Assembly: GCA_003450815.1 (NCBI GenBank)
Contig: DMES01000037.1
Location: 831 to 64,830, forward strand
DNA length: 64,000 nt
Origin: Elusimicrobiota bacterium
GTDB taxonomy: Bacteria > Elusimicrobiota > Elusimicrobia > Elusimicrobiales > UBA9959
Direction: 5' to 3'
In this document: positions 52,034 to 60,687 of the stretch, one piece after another
Layout: each line of letters opens with the position of its first letter
Position numbering within the stretch: position 1 is the stretch's first letter
The notes under the pieces: model-generated
Database searches by the model: none
Told to the model about the DNA's origin: nothing
Seen by the model: only the letters and a program-made list of their open reading frames with translations
Translations under genes and position numbers: made by a program

Positions 52034-53280
52034 AAAAAATGAATACTGCGTTTGAAAAAGAATTCCCCGCGCTTGGGAGTAACTTCGGCGGCAAAAAGCT
52101 GGTTTACCTTGACAGCGCCTGTACCGCGCTTAAGATGCGGACGGCCGCCGCCGCCCATTCGGAGTTCTTGCTTGAAAGCGGTTTTTGCGGCGGCAGGCGT
52201 TCAGCCCATCTGCCGGCGGTGGCGGTGGAAGAGGCGTTCTTTGAAGCCAGGAGGACAGTGGCGGGTTTTATAGGCGCGGCCCGGGCGGAGGAGATAATCT
52301 TCACGGCTGGGACCACGGACGCGTTTAATTTGTTCCTGTCTTCGTTCCCATTTGAGGGGTCCAGAAAGGAAGTGATTGTTTCTCCGCTTGAGCATAATGC
52401 TGTTTTTCTGCCGCTTTTAAATATGTCAAAGCGCGGCGGGATCCGGCTCAGGGTTATCCCGCTCAGGAACTGGGCGCCTGATCTTTCCGCGTACCGGAAA
52501 CTTTTATCCGCGAAGACGGCTTTGGTATGCCTCAACCGCGCCTCTAATATTTTTGGCGGCGTCACTGACACCGCCCCGTTCGCGCGGCTGGCCAGGGAGG
52601 CGGGGGCTAAAGTGTTTTTGGATGAAGCGCAATATCTGCCCACGCACGCGGAAAATGTCCGCTCCGCCGGGGCCGACGCCTGCGCTTTTTCCGGTCATAA
52701 ACTGGGCGCGCCTTTCGGCACAGGCGCTCTTTATGTCGAACGCTCGCTGATGGAACGACTTGTGCACGGCAAAGTGGGCGGGGGCACTGTGCGTGAAGTT
52801 TCAAGAACGCCCGGCGGCTTTTGCGCGGAGTATTTGAGCGGCTACCAGGGTTTTGAGCCGGGGGTGCAGAATTACGCCGGCGCAGTGGCGCTGGCCGCGG
52901 CAATTAACGCCCTCTCAAAAACTGGAATGCCCGCTATACGGACCCGCGTGGAAGAACTTGTTTCCTATGGTCTTAAAAAGTTTTCGCGGGCGAAGGCCGT
53001 GCGCGTAGTCGGCGACCGGACCCGGCTGAAACTCGGATCTATAATCCCGCTGGTTCCAGCGGCCCCCGGGTTTTCCACGGTTGATTTTAACCTTTACCTG
53101 AACCACGGGGTGAGGGGCAGGGTTATCGCTTTGCGCACGGGCCGGCATTGCGCGGATCTGGCCGCTTTAACATCAGGTACGGACGATATCATCCGCTTGT
53201 CTTTTTTTGTCTATAACAGCAGGGCTGACATAGACGCTTTTGCCGAAGCCCTTGAGGAATACGCGTCCTGCCTCGGCTGA
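52030..53280 (+). CDS. class-V aminotransferase / cysteine desulfurase (SufS/CsdA-like)
   Basis: ATGA overlap with the last rSAM gene. Has YLDSACTAL, the PLP-lysine context FSGHKLGAPFGTGALYV, and the active-site Cys context RTGRHCADL. Confidence 0.75.
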   Translation: MKKMNTAFEKEFPALGSNFGGKKLVYLDSACTALKMRTAAAAHSEFLLESGFCGGRRSAHLPAVAVEEAFFEARRTVAGFIGAARAEEIIFTAGTTDAFNLFLSSFPFEGSRKEVIVSPLEHNAVFLPLLNMSKRGGIRLRVIPLRNWAPDLSAYRKLLSAKTALVCLNRASNIFGGVTDTAPFARLAREAGAKVFLDEAQYLPTHAENVRSAGADACAFSGHKLGAPFGTGALYVERSLMERLVHGKVGGGTVREVSRTPGGFCAEYLSGYQGFEPGVQNYAGAVALAAAINALSKTGMPAIRTRVEELVSYGLKKFSRAKAVRVVGDRTRLKLGSIIPLVPAAPGFSTVDFNLYLNHGVRGRVIALRTGRHCADLAALTSGTDDIIRLSFFVYNSRADIDAFAEALEEYASCLG

Positions 53281-53327
53281 ATAAAATATAATAATATTGT
53301 GCGGTAAATCTGTTTGAAGGAGGCGAA

Positions 53328-54518
53328 ATGAAAGACCTGAACGCCATAAACGAAAAAATCTTAAGCTATAAAAAAGATATGACCGCTTTTGCCAGGGATA
53401 TGATCCGGATTCCCAGCTTTTCCACTAAAGAAGGCAAATTGGTGGCTAGGATAAAAAAAGAGATGTTGAGGGTAGGTTTTGACAGGGTTAAGGTGGACGG
53501 GGTGGGCAATATCATCGGTTTCATAGGCGGCGGAAAAAAGAAAATAATGATAGATGCTCATATAGATACCGTAGGCGTTGGCGACCGGTCCGCCTGGAAA
53601 ATAGACCCGTTTGCCGGCGTGATTAAGAATGATGTCATCTACGGCAGGGGCGCTACCGACCAGAAACTTTCAATGGTTTCAATGGTGTATGCCGGCAAGG
53701 CCATAAAAGAGCTGGGACTTGAGGGCGGGTATACTTTTATGGCTGTGGGTTCAGTTATGGAGGAAGACTGCGACGGGTTGCCGCTTCTGCACCTTATAAA
53801 CAAGGAAAAAATAAGGCCGGACTTTGTGGTGCTGACCGAACCCACGAACCTGGCCGTTTACCGCGGGCACAGGGGCCGTATGGAAATTAAAGTGGTAACC
53901 AAGGGCCGCTCCTGCCACGCCTCGGCGCCGGAGCGAGGCGATAACGCCGTGGTCAAAATGTCCGAAATAGTAAAAGAGATAACCGCCCTTAACCCGAAGC
54001 TTAAAAAAGACAGATTTCTGGGCAAAGGCACCGTTGCAGTCACCTGCATAGAATGCAAGACGCCGTCTTTGAACGCCGTGCCGGACGAATGCACTATTTA
54101 TCTGGACCGCCGCCTTACTGTGGGGGAAACTTTAAAATCTTCCGTGGCCGAGATAAAACGCCTTGGAACGGTTAAAAAATACGGAGCCGAAGTGGAAGTG
54201 CTTTATTACAACGCCGTCGCCTGGACAGGCCTTAAAGTGGGGCAGGAAAAATATTTTCCCACCTGGGTTTTGCCGGAAGCTCATCAACTGGTGCAGGCGG
54301 GAGTAAAGGCCGGTATAACGGCGCTTGGCAAAAAGCCTGTGGTGGATAAATGGGTATTTTCCACCAATGGCGTGGCCACGGCCGGCCGCCTTGGCATTCC
54401 TACTATAGGGTTCGGCCCTTCAAACGAGATATATGCCCACACCGTCAACGAGAACATGCCGGTGGGGGATTTGCTGAAAGCCGCTGTGTTCTACGCGGCA
54501 ATACCGCAGTATCTTTAA
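53328..54518 (+). CDS. ygeY: YgeY-family M20 metallohydrolase
   Basis: 396 aa. Has FARDMIRIPSFSTKEG, DAHIDTVGVGDRSAWKIDPF, and GRGATDQK. It lies directly upstream of ygeW. Confidence 0.8.
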   Translation: MKDLNAINEKILSYKKDMTAFARDMIRIPSFSTKEGKLVARIKKEMLRVGFDRVKVDGVGNIIGFIGGGKKKIMIDAHIDTVGVGDRSAWKIDPFAGVIKNDVIYGRGATDQKLSMVSMVYAGKAIKELGLEGGYTFMAVGSVMEEDCDGLPLLHLINKEKIRPDFVVLTEPTNLAVYRGHRGRMEIKVVTKGRSCHASAPERGDNAVVKMSEIVKEITALNPKLKKDRFLGKGTVAVTCIECKTPSLNAVPDECTIYLDRRLTVGETLKSSVAEIKRLGTVKKYGAEVEVLYYNAVAWTGLKVGQEKYFPTWVLPEAHQLVQAGVKAGITALGKKPVVDKWVFSTNGVATAGRLGIPTIGFGPSNEIYAHTVNENMPVGDLLKAAVFYAAIPQYL

Positions 54519-54586
54519 TCAATAAGGGGCGGAAAAGTAAAACAACAACGGTCCCGCTCATTATTGTAAACGCCTGGAGGTAAAAA

Positions 54587-55777
54587 ATGTCTATTGATAT
54601 CGCTAAGTCTTTAACCGAACTGGATGGCCTTGGCTCCAGCCTGTACGGCAAGGATTTCCTGTTGACCTGGGAAAAATCCGATGCGGAACTCAAATCTGTG
54701 TTCATCATAGCCGAGCTGCTGAAGGAGCTGCATGCGAAGAACATTTCGCTTGATATGTTCCGGACGGGGCTTGCCGTTTCTAACTTTCGGGACAATTCCA
54801 CCAGGACCAGGTTCTCCTTTGCCTCCGCCTGCAACCTGCTCGGGCTCGCCGTGCAGGACCTCGACGAGGGCAAATCGCAGATAGCCCATGGCGAGACCGT
54901 GCGGGAAACGGCCAACATGATCTCCTTTCTGACCGAAGTGGTCGGCATAAGGGACGATATGTTCATAGGCAAAGGCCACCCCTATATGAAGGAAGTGGCC
55001 GAAGCCCTTGATGACGGTTTCAAGAACGGGGTGCTGAACCAGCGCCCAGCCGTGGTGAACCTGCAGTGCGACCTGGACCATCCCACCCAGACGATGGCCG
55101 ACATGCTTTTCATAAAGAACCATTTTGGCGGGTTCGACAAGCTGAAGGGTAAGAAGATAGCTATGACCTGGGCTTATTCGCCGAGCTACGGCAAACCACT
55201 TTCCGTTCCCCAGGGCGTCATAGCCCTCATGACCAGGTACGGGATGAATGTTGATCTCGCCTACCCCGAAGGCTACGACCTGATGCCGGAGACTATAAAG
55301 GCGGCCGGAGACAACGCGAAGAGATCCGGCGGATCTTTCAAGGTTTCCAACAGCATGGAGAGCGCCTTCAAAGACGCCGATATTGTTTATCCTAAAAGCT
55401 GGGCACCCTACAAGGTGATGGAGCGCCGCACCCAGTTGCTTGAGAAGTCCGACACGGTGGGCCTGAAGGAGCTAGAGAAAGAATGCCTCGCGCAGAACGC
55501 GCAGCATATGGACTGGATCTGCGACGAGAAGAAGATGACGCTCACAAACAAAGGCGGGGGCCTTTACCTGCACTGTCTCCCCGCGGACATCAAGGACGTT
55601 TCCTGCGAAAACGGCGAAGTCACCGCAGGAGTATTCGAGAAATACAGGATAGGGACCTACAAAGAAGCCGGGTACAAGCCCTTCGTCATCGCGGCCATGA
55701 TAGCGGCTTGCACTAAAAAGAATCCCGCGAAAGTGATTGGGGAGCTGTATAAGTCCGGGCAGAAACGGGTTCTGTAG
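54587..55777 (+). CDS. ygeW: knotted carbamoyltransferase YgeW
   Basis: 396 aa, collinear with E. coli YgeW as I recall it. Has KDFLLTWEKS, FRDNSTRTRFSFASACNLLGLAVQDLDEGKSQIAHGETVRETANMISF, and MTWAYSPSYGKPLSVPQG. Confidence 0.9.
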   Translation: MSIDIAKSLTELDGLGSSLYGKDFLLTWEKSDAELKSVFIIAELLKELHAKNISLDMFRTGLAVSNFRDNSTRTRFSFASACNLLGLAVQDLDEGKSQIAHGETVRETANMISFLTEVVGIRDDMFIGKGHPYMKEVAEALDDGFKNGVLNQRPAVVNLQCDLDHPTQTMADMLFIKNHFGGFDKLKGKKIAMTWAYSPSYGKPLSVPQGVIALMTRYGMNVDLAYPEGYDLMPETIKAAGDNAKRSGGSFKVSNSMESAFKDADIVYPKSWAPYKVMERRTQLLEKSDTVGLKELEKECLAQNAQHMDWICDEKKMTLTNKGGGLYLHCLPADIKDVSCENGEVTAGVFEKYRIGTYKEAGYKPFVIAAMIAACTKKNPAKVIGELYKSGQKRVL

Positions 55778-55824
55778 GTTTGGTAAACGGACAGGCTCCT
55801 AAAGGCATCCGCCCCCGATTCTTT

Positions 55825-56556
55825 ATGAAAAAAACGCTGGCATTTTTGTTGAAAAGTCAGCTTGTTCAGTGTTTTTTCCGAAAGGACAGAAGTGCGTGGT
55901 TTATAGCGCTCGCGGTTGTTGCCTGTGCCTGCGCCTCCGCGCCTCTCAGGTACGGCGGCGCGGATAGCTATAAAAACTTTGCCGAACTTAGCGCGGCAAA
56001 TACAGAAGGGCGCGATTATTCCTGTGAGGTCTACGATCGCGGTTCTAAAATAACGGTTTTTGCCGTACACGGCGGAGACATTGAACTTACCACGTCGCGT
56101 GTGGCCAGAAAACTCGCCGGCGCTGAGTTTAACCTTTATATCTTCAATGGCTGGCTGCAAAAAGAAAGCCGCAAACTGCATATGACCTCCACGCATTTTG
56201 ATGATCCCCGGGCCATAGGACTTTCCACCGGCGCGGTTCTTGGAGTGTCGGTTCATGCTCAGTTGGAACCAGGACGCTGGGTTTGCGTGGGAGGCTTGAA
56301 TAAGGCAGCGGCTGAAATGACCGCGTCAGGGCTTCGCGCGGCCGGTTTTTCAGCCGAAACGCCCTGCGCGCTAAACCCCGGAGTTTCGCCGCAAAATATA
56401 TCGAACCGCGCTTCCGCGGGGGGGGTGCAGCTTGAAATAAGCCTGCAGCTCCTGAAAGGACTTGAAAGCTCGCCTCCTGATTTAACAAAATTTACGGAAG
56501 CTGTAAGAAACTCGGTTTTGGACTATTTAAACACTATGCAAGGAGAAAAGAAATGA
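55825..56556 (+). CDS. poly-gamma-glutamate hydrolase-like (DUF867/PghP family) protein, probable lipoprotein
   Basis: MKKTLAFLL..VVACACAS. Has VFAVHGGDIELTTSRVA, LHMTSTHFDDP, VSVHA, and GGVQLEIS. The track's earlier start lacks support. Confidence 0.65.
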   Translation: MKKTLAFLLKSQLVQCFFRKDRSAWFIALAVVACACASAPLRYGGADSYKNFAELSAANTEGRDYSCEVYDRGSKITVFAVHGGDIELTTSRVARKLAGAEFNLYIFNGWLQKESRKLHMTSTHFDDPRAIGLSTGAVLGVSVHAQLEPGRWVCVGGLNKAAAEMTASGLRAAGFSAETPCALNPGVSPQNISNRASAGGVQLEISLQLLKGLESSPPDLTKFTEAVRNSVLDYLNTMQGEKK

Positions 56557-57656
56557 AAAGAATAAGAATTTTCGCTTTTGGTGGCAATGAGGTATCCCCT
56601 GTTGGCCTGAAAGATAAAAGCGGCAAGGCCATAAATCCGGATATCGCGATGCAGTGGCAGCGCACGGCCGATACCTGCAAACTTGTGGCCGATATCTTCC
56701 AGCAGCATCCGGAAGACCTTTACGTGATGACGCACGGCAATGGCCCTCAGGTGGGCAATGTGCTGATGCGCGCTGAACTTTGCCGCGACACCCTGCCGCC
56801 GCTGCCGCTGGATGTCTGCGTGGCCGACACCCAGGGCGCTATGGCCTATATGCTGGGCCAGCTAAACAATGAACTGAACATACGCGGCATAGACAATATT
56901 CTCTCCGGTATTGTGACCCAGGTGGTGGTGGATAAGGACGACCCCGACTTCAAGAACCCCTCCAAGTATATTGGTCCCTCCTATTCCCGCGAAGAGGCTG
57001 ACCGGCGCGTAAAAGAAAACGGCTGGGTCATGAAGCTTTATAAGAAAGACGACAAGGGCGCGGAAATATGGCGGCGCGTTGTGCCCTCTCCGGTGCCAAC
57101 GGATATAGTTGAAATAGACGCCATAGAGGCAATGCTCGCAAAAGGCATAGTTCCCGTCACAGTGGGGGGCGGCGGCATCCCAGTGCGCGAAGTCAGGCCG
57201 GAAATTGAAGGCGGGAAGGAAACTTATACCTGTAATTACGGCGTTAAATTCTCCAGGAAAGCCAAGGCGGCCCAGAAACCGCTTAAAATGTACACCGGCG
57301 TGGAAGCCGTGATAGACAAGGACCTAGCTTCCGCGCTTTTAGGCGTGATGCTGATGAAACGCGCAAGGGCCCGCAGCGAGGAGGTGGAAGTAAGCCTTAC
57401 TATTTTTACGGGTGAGGACGGCGCGAAGCTCAATTACCAGAAGTCTGACCAGCGGGACCTGCGCGTGATAAAGGTATCGGAACTGGAAGACATTTATAAC
57501 CAGACTCCGCCCCCGTTCCCCGCCGGTTCCATGGGACCGAAAATAAAAGCCGCCATAGAGTTTGTCAAACACGGCGGAAGTGTGGCGTATATCTCAAAGA
57601 CCGACCTCTTTGAGGAAACGCTTAAGGGTAAGGCCGGCACTACGGTGATACCTTAA
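56553..57656 (+). CDS. carbamate kinase-family protein (YqeA-like, long form)
   Basis: 367 aa. Has IFAFGGNEV, MTHGNGPQVGN, and the GGGGIPV motif. ATGA overlap with the upstream gene. Confidence 0.8.
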   Translation: MKRIRIFAFGGNEVSPVGLKDKSGKAINPDIAMQWQRTADTCKLVADIFQQHPEDLYVMTHGNGPQVGNVLMRAELCRDTLPPLPLDVCVADTQGAMAYMLGQLNNELNIRGIDNILSGIVTQVVVDKDDPDFKNPSKYIGPSYSREEADRRVKENGWVMKLYKKDDKGAEIWRRVVPSPVPTDIVEIDAIEAMLAKGIVPVTVGGGGIPVREVRPEIEGGKETYTCNYGVKFSRKAKAAQKPLKMYTGVEAVIDKDLASALLGVMLMKRARARSEEVEVSLTIFTGEDGAKLNYQKSDQRDLRVIKVSELEDIYNQTPPPFPAGSMGPKIKAAIEFVKHGGSVAYISKTDLFEETLKGKAGTTVIP

Positions 57657-57785
57657 TCATAGCGTAAACGCTATGATTGCTATAGGCCATCTGCCGGAGG
57701 CCATAAACCAGAAGGAAACTCCTAAAAAAGCATATGGCGTACGGCTTAGGGCTTATGGCATATATTGTAATATAACAAGGACGTT

Positions 57786-59024
57786 ATGAAGAAAATCAAG
57801 ACTTTACAGTGCATTAACTGCGGAAAGGACCATGCGCAGGACGATGTGAAGTACACCTGTTCGTCATGCGGCGGGAACCTGCAGGTGCTTTATGACTACA
57901 ATCTGATAAAGAAGCGGCTTAATTATGAGGTGCTTAAGAACAACCATGACCTGAGCATCTGGCGCTATATGGAAATACTGCCGCTGGCCGGGTTTAAAAA
58001 TATTCCGCCCGTGCAGGTGGGCTGGACGCCGCTCTATAAAGCCGAGCGGCTGGGCGCCGAGGCCGGAGTGCCGAATCTTTACATCAAGGACGATGGCCGT
58101 AACCCAAGCGCCTCTTTCAAGGACCGGGCCAGCGCCGTGGTGGTGGCAAAGGCGCGCGAGCTGAAAGAAAAAATTATAACCACGGCCTCCACCGGCAATG
58201 CGGCTTCTTCCCTTGCCTGCCTGACCGGCAGTCTGGATTTGAAAACAATTATCTTTGTGCCGGAAACCGCCCCGACGGCTAAAGTGGCGCAGCTCCTTGT
58301 GTTCGGCGCGGTCGTCATTATGGTGAAAGGCACCTATGACGACGCTTTTGAGCTGTGCCTCAAGGCCTCGCAGGAATACGGCTGGTATAACCGCAGCACC
58401 GGCATAAACCCGTTCACCCGGGAGGGGAAAAAGACCTGCGCTTTTGAAATTTGCGAACAGCTTAAATGGGAAACTCCCGATAAGGTTTTTGTTTCGGTGG
58501 GCGACGGCAATATCATAAGCGGCATGTGGAAAGGGTTTGTTGAGTTTCATCGGCTGGGTATAATCGACAGGCTGCCGCAGCTGATAGCCGTGCAGGCGGA
58601 GAAATCCGACGCCGTGAAGCGCGCTTTTGAGGCGGGAGGGGAAATCCAGCCCGTGTCCGGCGCCACCATAGCCGACAGCATTTCGGTAAGTGTGCCGCGC
58701 GACGGGCTGGCCGCCGTTATGGCTATAAGGGACTCGGGAGGATTTGCCGTTTCCGTTACCGACGCGGAAATACTGGAAGCAATCCCGCAGATCGCCAGGG
58801 GCTCAAATGTGTTCGCGGAACCGGCCGCCGCGGCGGCGTACGCCGGCCTTAAAAAAACAGCCGCCGCCGGAAAAATAAAAGACAGCGAATCCGCGGTTGT
58901 CCTGATAAGCGGCAACGGCCTCAAAGATATACAGAGCGCCATGAAATCAGTGGGCAAGCCCTTTGTGATCAGGCCGGATATAGGCGAACTTAAAAAACTT
59001 GTGGCGGAAAATAAAATAGGATAG
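57786..59024 (+). CDS. threonine-synthase-family PLP enzyme with N-terminal Zn-ribbon
   Basis: 412 aa. Has CINCGK..CSSCGG, the PLP-lysine motif NPSASFKDRA, and TASTGNAASSLA. Confidence 0.75.
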   Translation: MKKIKTLQCINCGKDHAQDDVKYTCSSCGGNLQVLYDYNLIKKRLNYEVLKNNHDLSIWRYMEILPLAGFKNIPPVQVGWTPLYKAERLGAEAGVPNLYIKDDGRNPSASFKDRASAVVVAKARELKEKIITTASTGNAASSLACLTGSLDLKTIIFVPETAPTAKVAQLLVFGAVVIMVKGTYDDAFELCLKASQEYGWYNRSTGINPFTREGKKTCAFEICEQLKWETPDKVFVSVGDGNIISGMWKGFVEFHRLGIIDRLPQLIAVQAEKSDAVKRAFEAGGEIQPVSGATIADSISVSVPRDGLAAVMAIRDSGGFAVSVTDAEILEAIPQIARGSNVFAEPAAAAAYAGLKKTAAAGKIKDSESAVVLISGNGLKDIQSAMKSVGKPFVIRPDIGELKKLVAENKIG

Positions 59025-59060
59025 AAGGTTGAGGGCAAGAATAGCCGGACTTAAATAAAA

Positions 59061-59088
59061 ATGTCCCGACGTTTTTACGTCGGGACAT
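59061..59088. terminator. bidirectional rho-independent terminator
   Basis: ATGTCCCGACG-ttttta-CGTCGGGACAT is flanked by an A-run (5') and a T-run (3'). It lies between the convergent thrC-like (+) and histidine kinase (-) genes. Confidence 0.8.
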
Positions 59089-59121
59089 TTTTATTCCTAT
59101 GGCTTCCGGCTTATGGCGGTA

Positions 59122-60684
59122 TTACAGCGGAAGCAGCAGGGTAAAAGCGGAACCCCTCTGCAGCTGCGATTTCGCAAAAATGCGGCCATGATGTATGTCC
59201 GCGGTTTTTTTAACAAGAGAAAGTCCGATTCCCCAGCCTTCCACCTGGCCGGTGAAGGAGGCTTCCACCTGGTAGAATTTATTGAAAATATTTTCCAGTT
59301 CTTCTCCGGGGATGCCCGGGCCGTTGTCGCCGACCGATAACAGGGTGTGTCCGTCCCTGTTCTGGGCGGAGAGGATAACCAGCTTTTCCGGGGCTGGGTT
59401 GAATTTAATGGCGTTTTCAATAAGACATTTAAGAGCGTTTTTTATCAGGTTCCTGTCGGCGTTCAGCGTCACGGTTTCCGTAACCGCCGTTTTAAAGGTA
59501 AGGTTCGCTACATCCCTGAAGCGGATTTTCATCATGTCCACCGTTTCATTTATCAGCTCAAGGGCGTCAAAACTTATTTTATTGAGGGCTGTTTCATCCA
59601 GATTCTCTATCGTCACAAAATCAAGCAGGCTTTCCACAAGGGTGTTAAGTTTCAGGCCCTGTGCAAGGATTGTGCCGGAAGATTTTTTTACCATCTCGGG
59701 CAGGCCCTTGGACTGCGCTTCTTCGTTGAGTATGTGCGCGTATCCGTTAATTGAGGCCAGTGGCGTTTTAAATTTATGCGAGATAAGCGACAGGAAATTC
59801 CTCGCCATGTGCTCTTCCAGGCGCTGGGCGGTTATATCAGAGAGTATCCAAAGCCAGCCTTCGTGAATGGAAACCCCGTCCTTATCTTCTTTGAAAAGTT
59901 TTATGGCCGCGCCTTCCAGATAGAACTTTTTTGGTTTTTCCCTGCAGACCTCAAAAAGCGATACCGTCTGCGCGCAGCCCAGAATGGTTTCAGGCGCGGG
60001 CTTTATGGAAAAACCCTGAAAGGCGGCTGTTACATTGCTGAATTTGTATTTGTCGTGTTCAAGATACAGATCTGCGGCGCTATTGAGTATCAATATCTCT
60101 CCGGCGGTATCGGTCAGTATGGCGCCTTCTTTTATCTTTTTAAAGACAATTTCCATCTTGCGTTTTTCCTCTTTCACCGAGGAAAAAAGCCGCGAATTTT
60201 CTATGGCGATGGCGGCCTGCGAAGCGAAGGCCTCAAAATTATTCTTATCGGTTTCCGAAAAATCCCCGTCTGTCTTGTTTATGGCCTGCACAACCCCTAT
60301 AACCTTGCCCTTGATGATCATGGGGCAGGTTAAAAGCGACCGGGTGGTATATCCGCTTTTGGCGTCCGCTTTTTTTGAATGCCGCGGGTCGCTGGCCGCG
60401 TCGTTAATTATTATGGAGCGAGCCTCTTTGGCGCAGGAGCCGGCCATCCCTTCTCCGAGCTGGAAACGCATTTTCTGCACATCTTCCGGCAGGCCGAGCG
60501 CCACGTCAAAATAAAGTTCTTTGGTTTTTTCATCCAGCAGGTAAAGCGAGGCGCGCTCCGCCCCCACCACCCGCGAGGCCAGGCGCATTATGGTGGTCAG
60601 TAGTTCCGAGATTTCCAGTTTTGAGGACAGCAGCCGTGAAACCATCACAAGCATTTCAAGGCTTTCCTGCGATTGCAGTATCAT
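59122..60684 (-). CDS. GAF-domain sensor histidine kinase
   Basis: 520 aa. Has an N-terminal GAF domain (..ASLYLLDEKTKELYF..), H-box SLISHKFKTPL, N-box IENAIKFN, and G-boxes GDNGPGIP and GWGIGLS. Confidence 0.85.
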   Translation of the reverse strand: MILQSQESLEMLVMVSRLLSSKLEISELLTTIMRLASRVVGAERASLYLLDEKTKELYFDVALGLPEDVQKMRFQLGEGMAGSCAKEARSIIINDAASDPRHSKKADAKSGYTTRSLLTCPMIIKGKVIGVVQAINKTDGDFSETDKNNFEAFASQAAIAIENSRLFSSVKEEKRKMEIVFKKIKEGAILTDTAGEILILNSAADLYLEHDKYKFSNVTAAFQGFSIKPAPETILGCAQTVSLFEVCREKPKKFYLEGAAIKLFKEDKDGVSIHEGWLWILSDITAQRLEEHMARNFLSLISHKFKTPLASINGYAHILNEEAQSKGLPEMVKKSSGTILAQGLKLNTLVESLLDFVTIENLDETALNKISFDALELINETVDMMKIRFRDVANLTFKTAVTETVTLNADRNLIKNALKCLIENAIKFNPAPEKLVILSAQNRDGHTLLSVGDNGPGIPGEELENIFNKFYQVEASFTGQVEGWGIGLSLVKKTADIHHGRIFAKSQLQRGSAFTLLLPL

Positions 60685-60687
60685 ATA

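Noticed and set aside
33297-53280. Twelve His-Xaa-Ser triplets and twelve radical-SAM genes in the operon: a one-enzyme-per-repeat idea
   Set aside because: The numerical match is most likely coincidence. The enzymes fall into at least three different architectures, and the repeat number is probably unstable.
33297-53280. Reading the rSAM suite as part of a nitrogenase-like or other known cofactor pathway (NifB/PqqE/MoaA/HemN-type)
   Set aside because: No NifH/D/K-like, PqqA-D, molybdopterin or tetrapyrrole genes lie in the window. The only obvious substrate-like gene is the HxS peptide. A small-molecule product is still not excluded.
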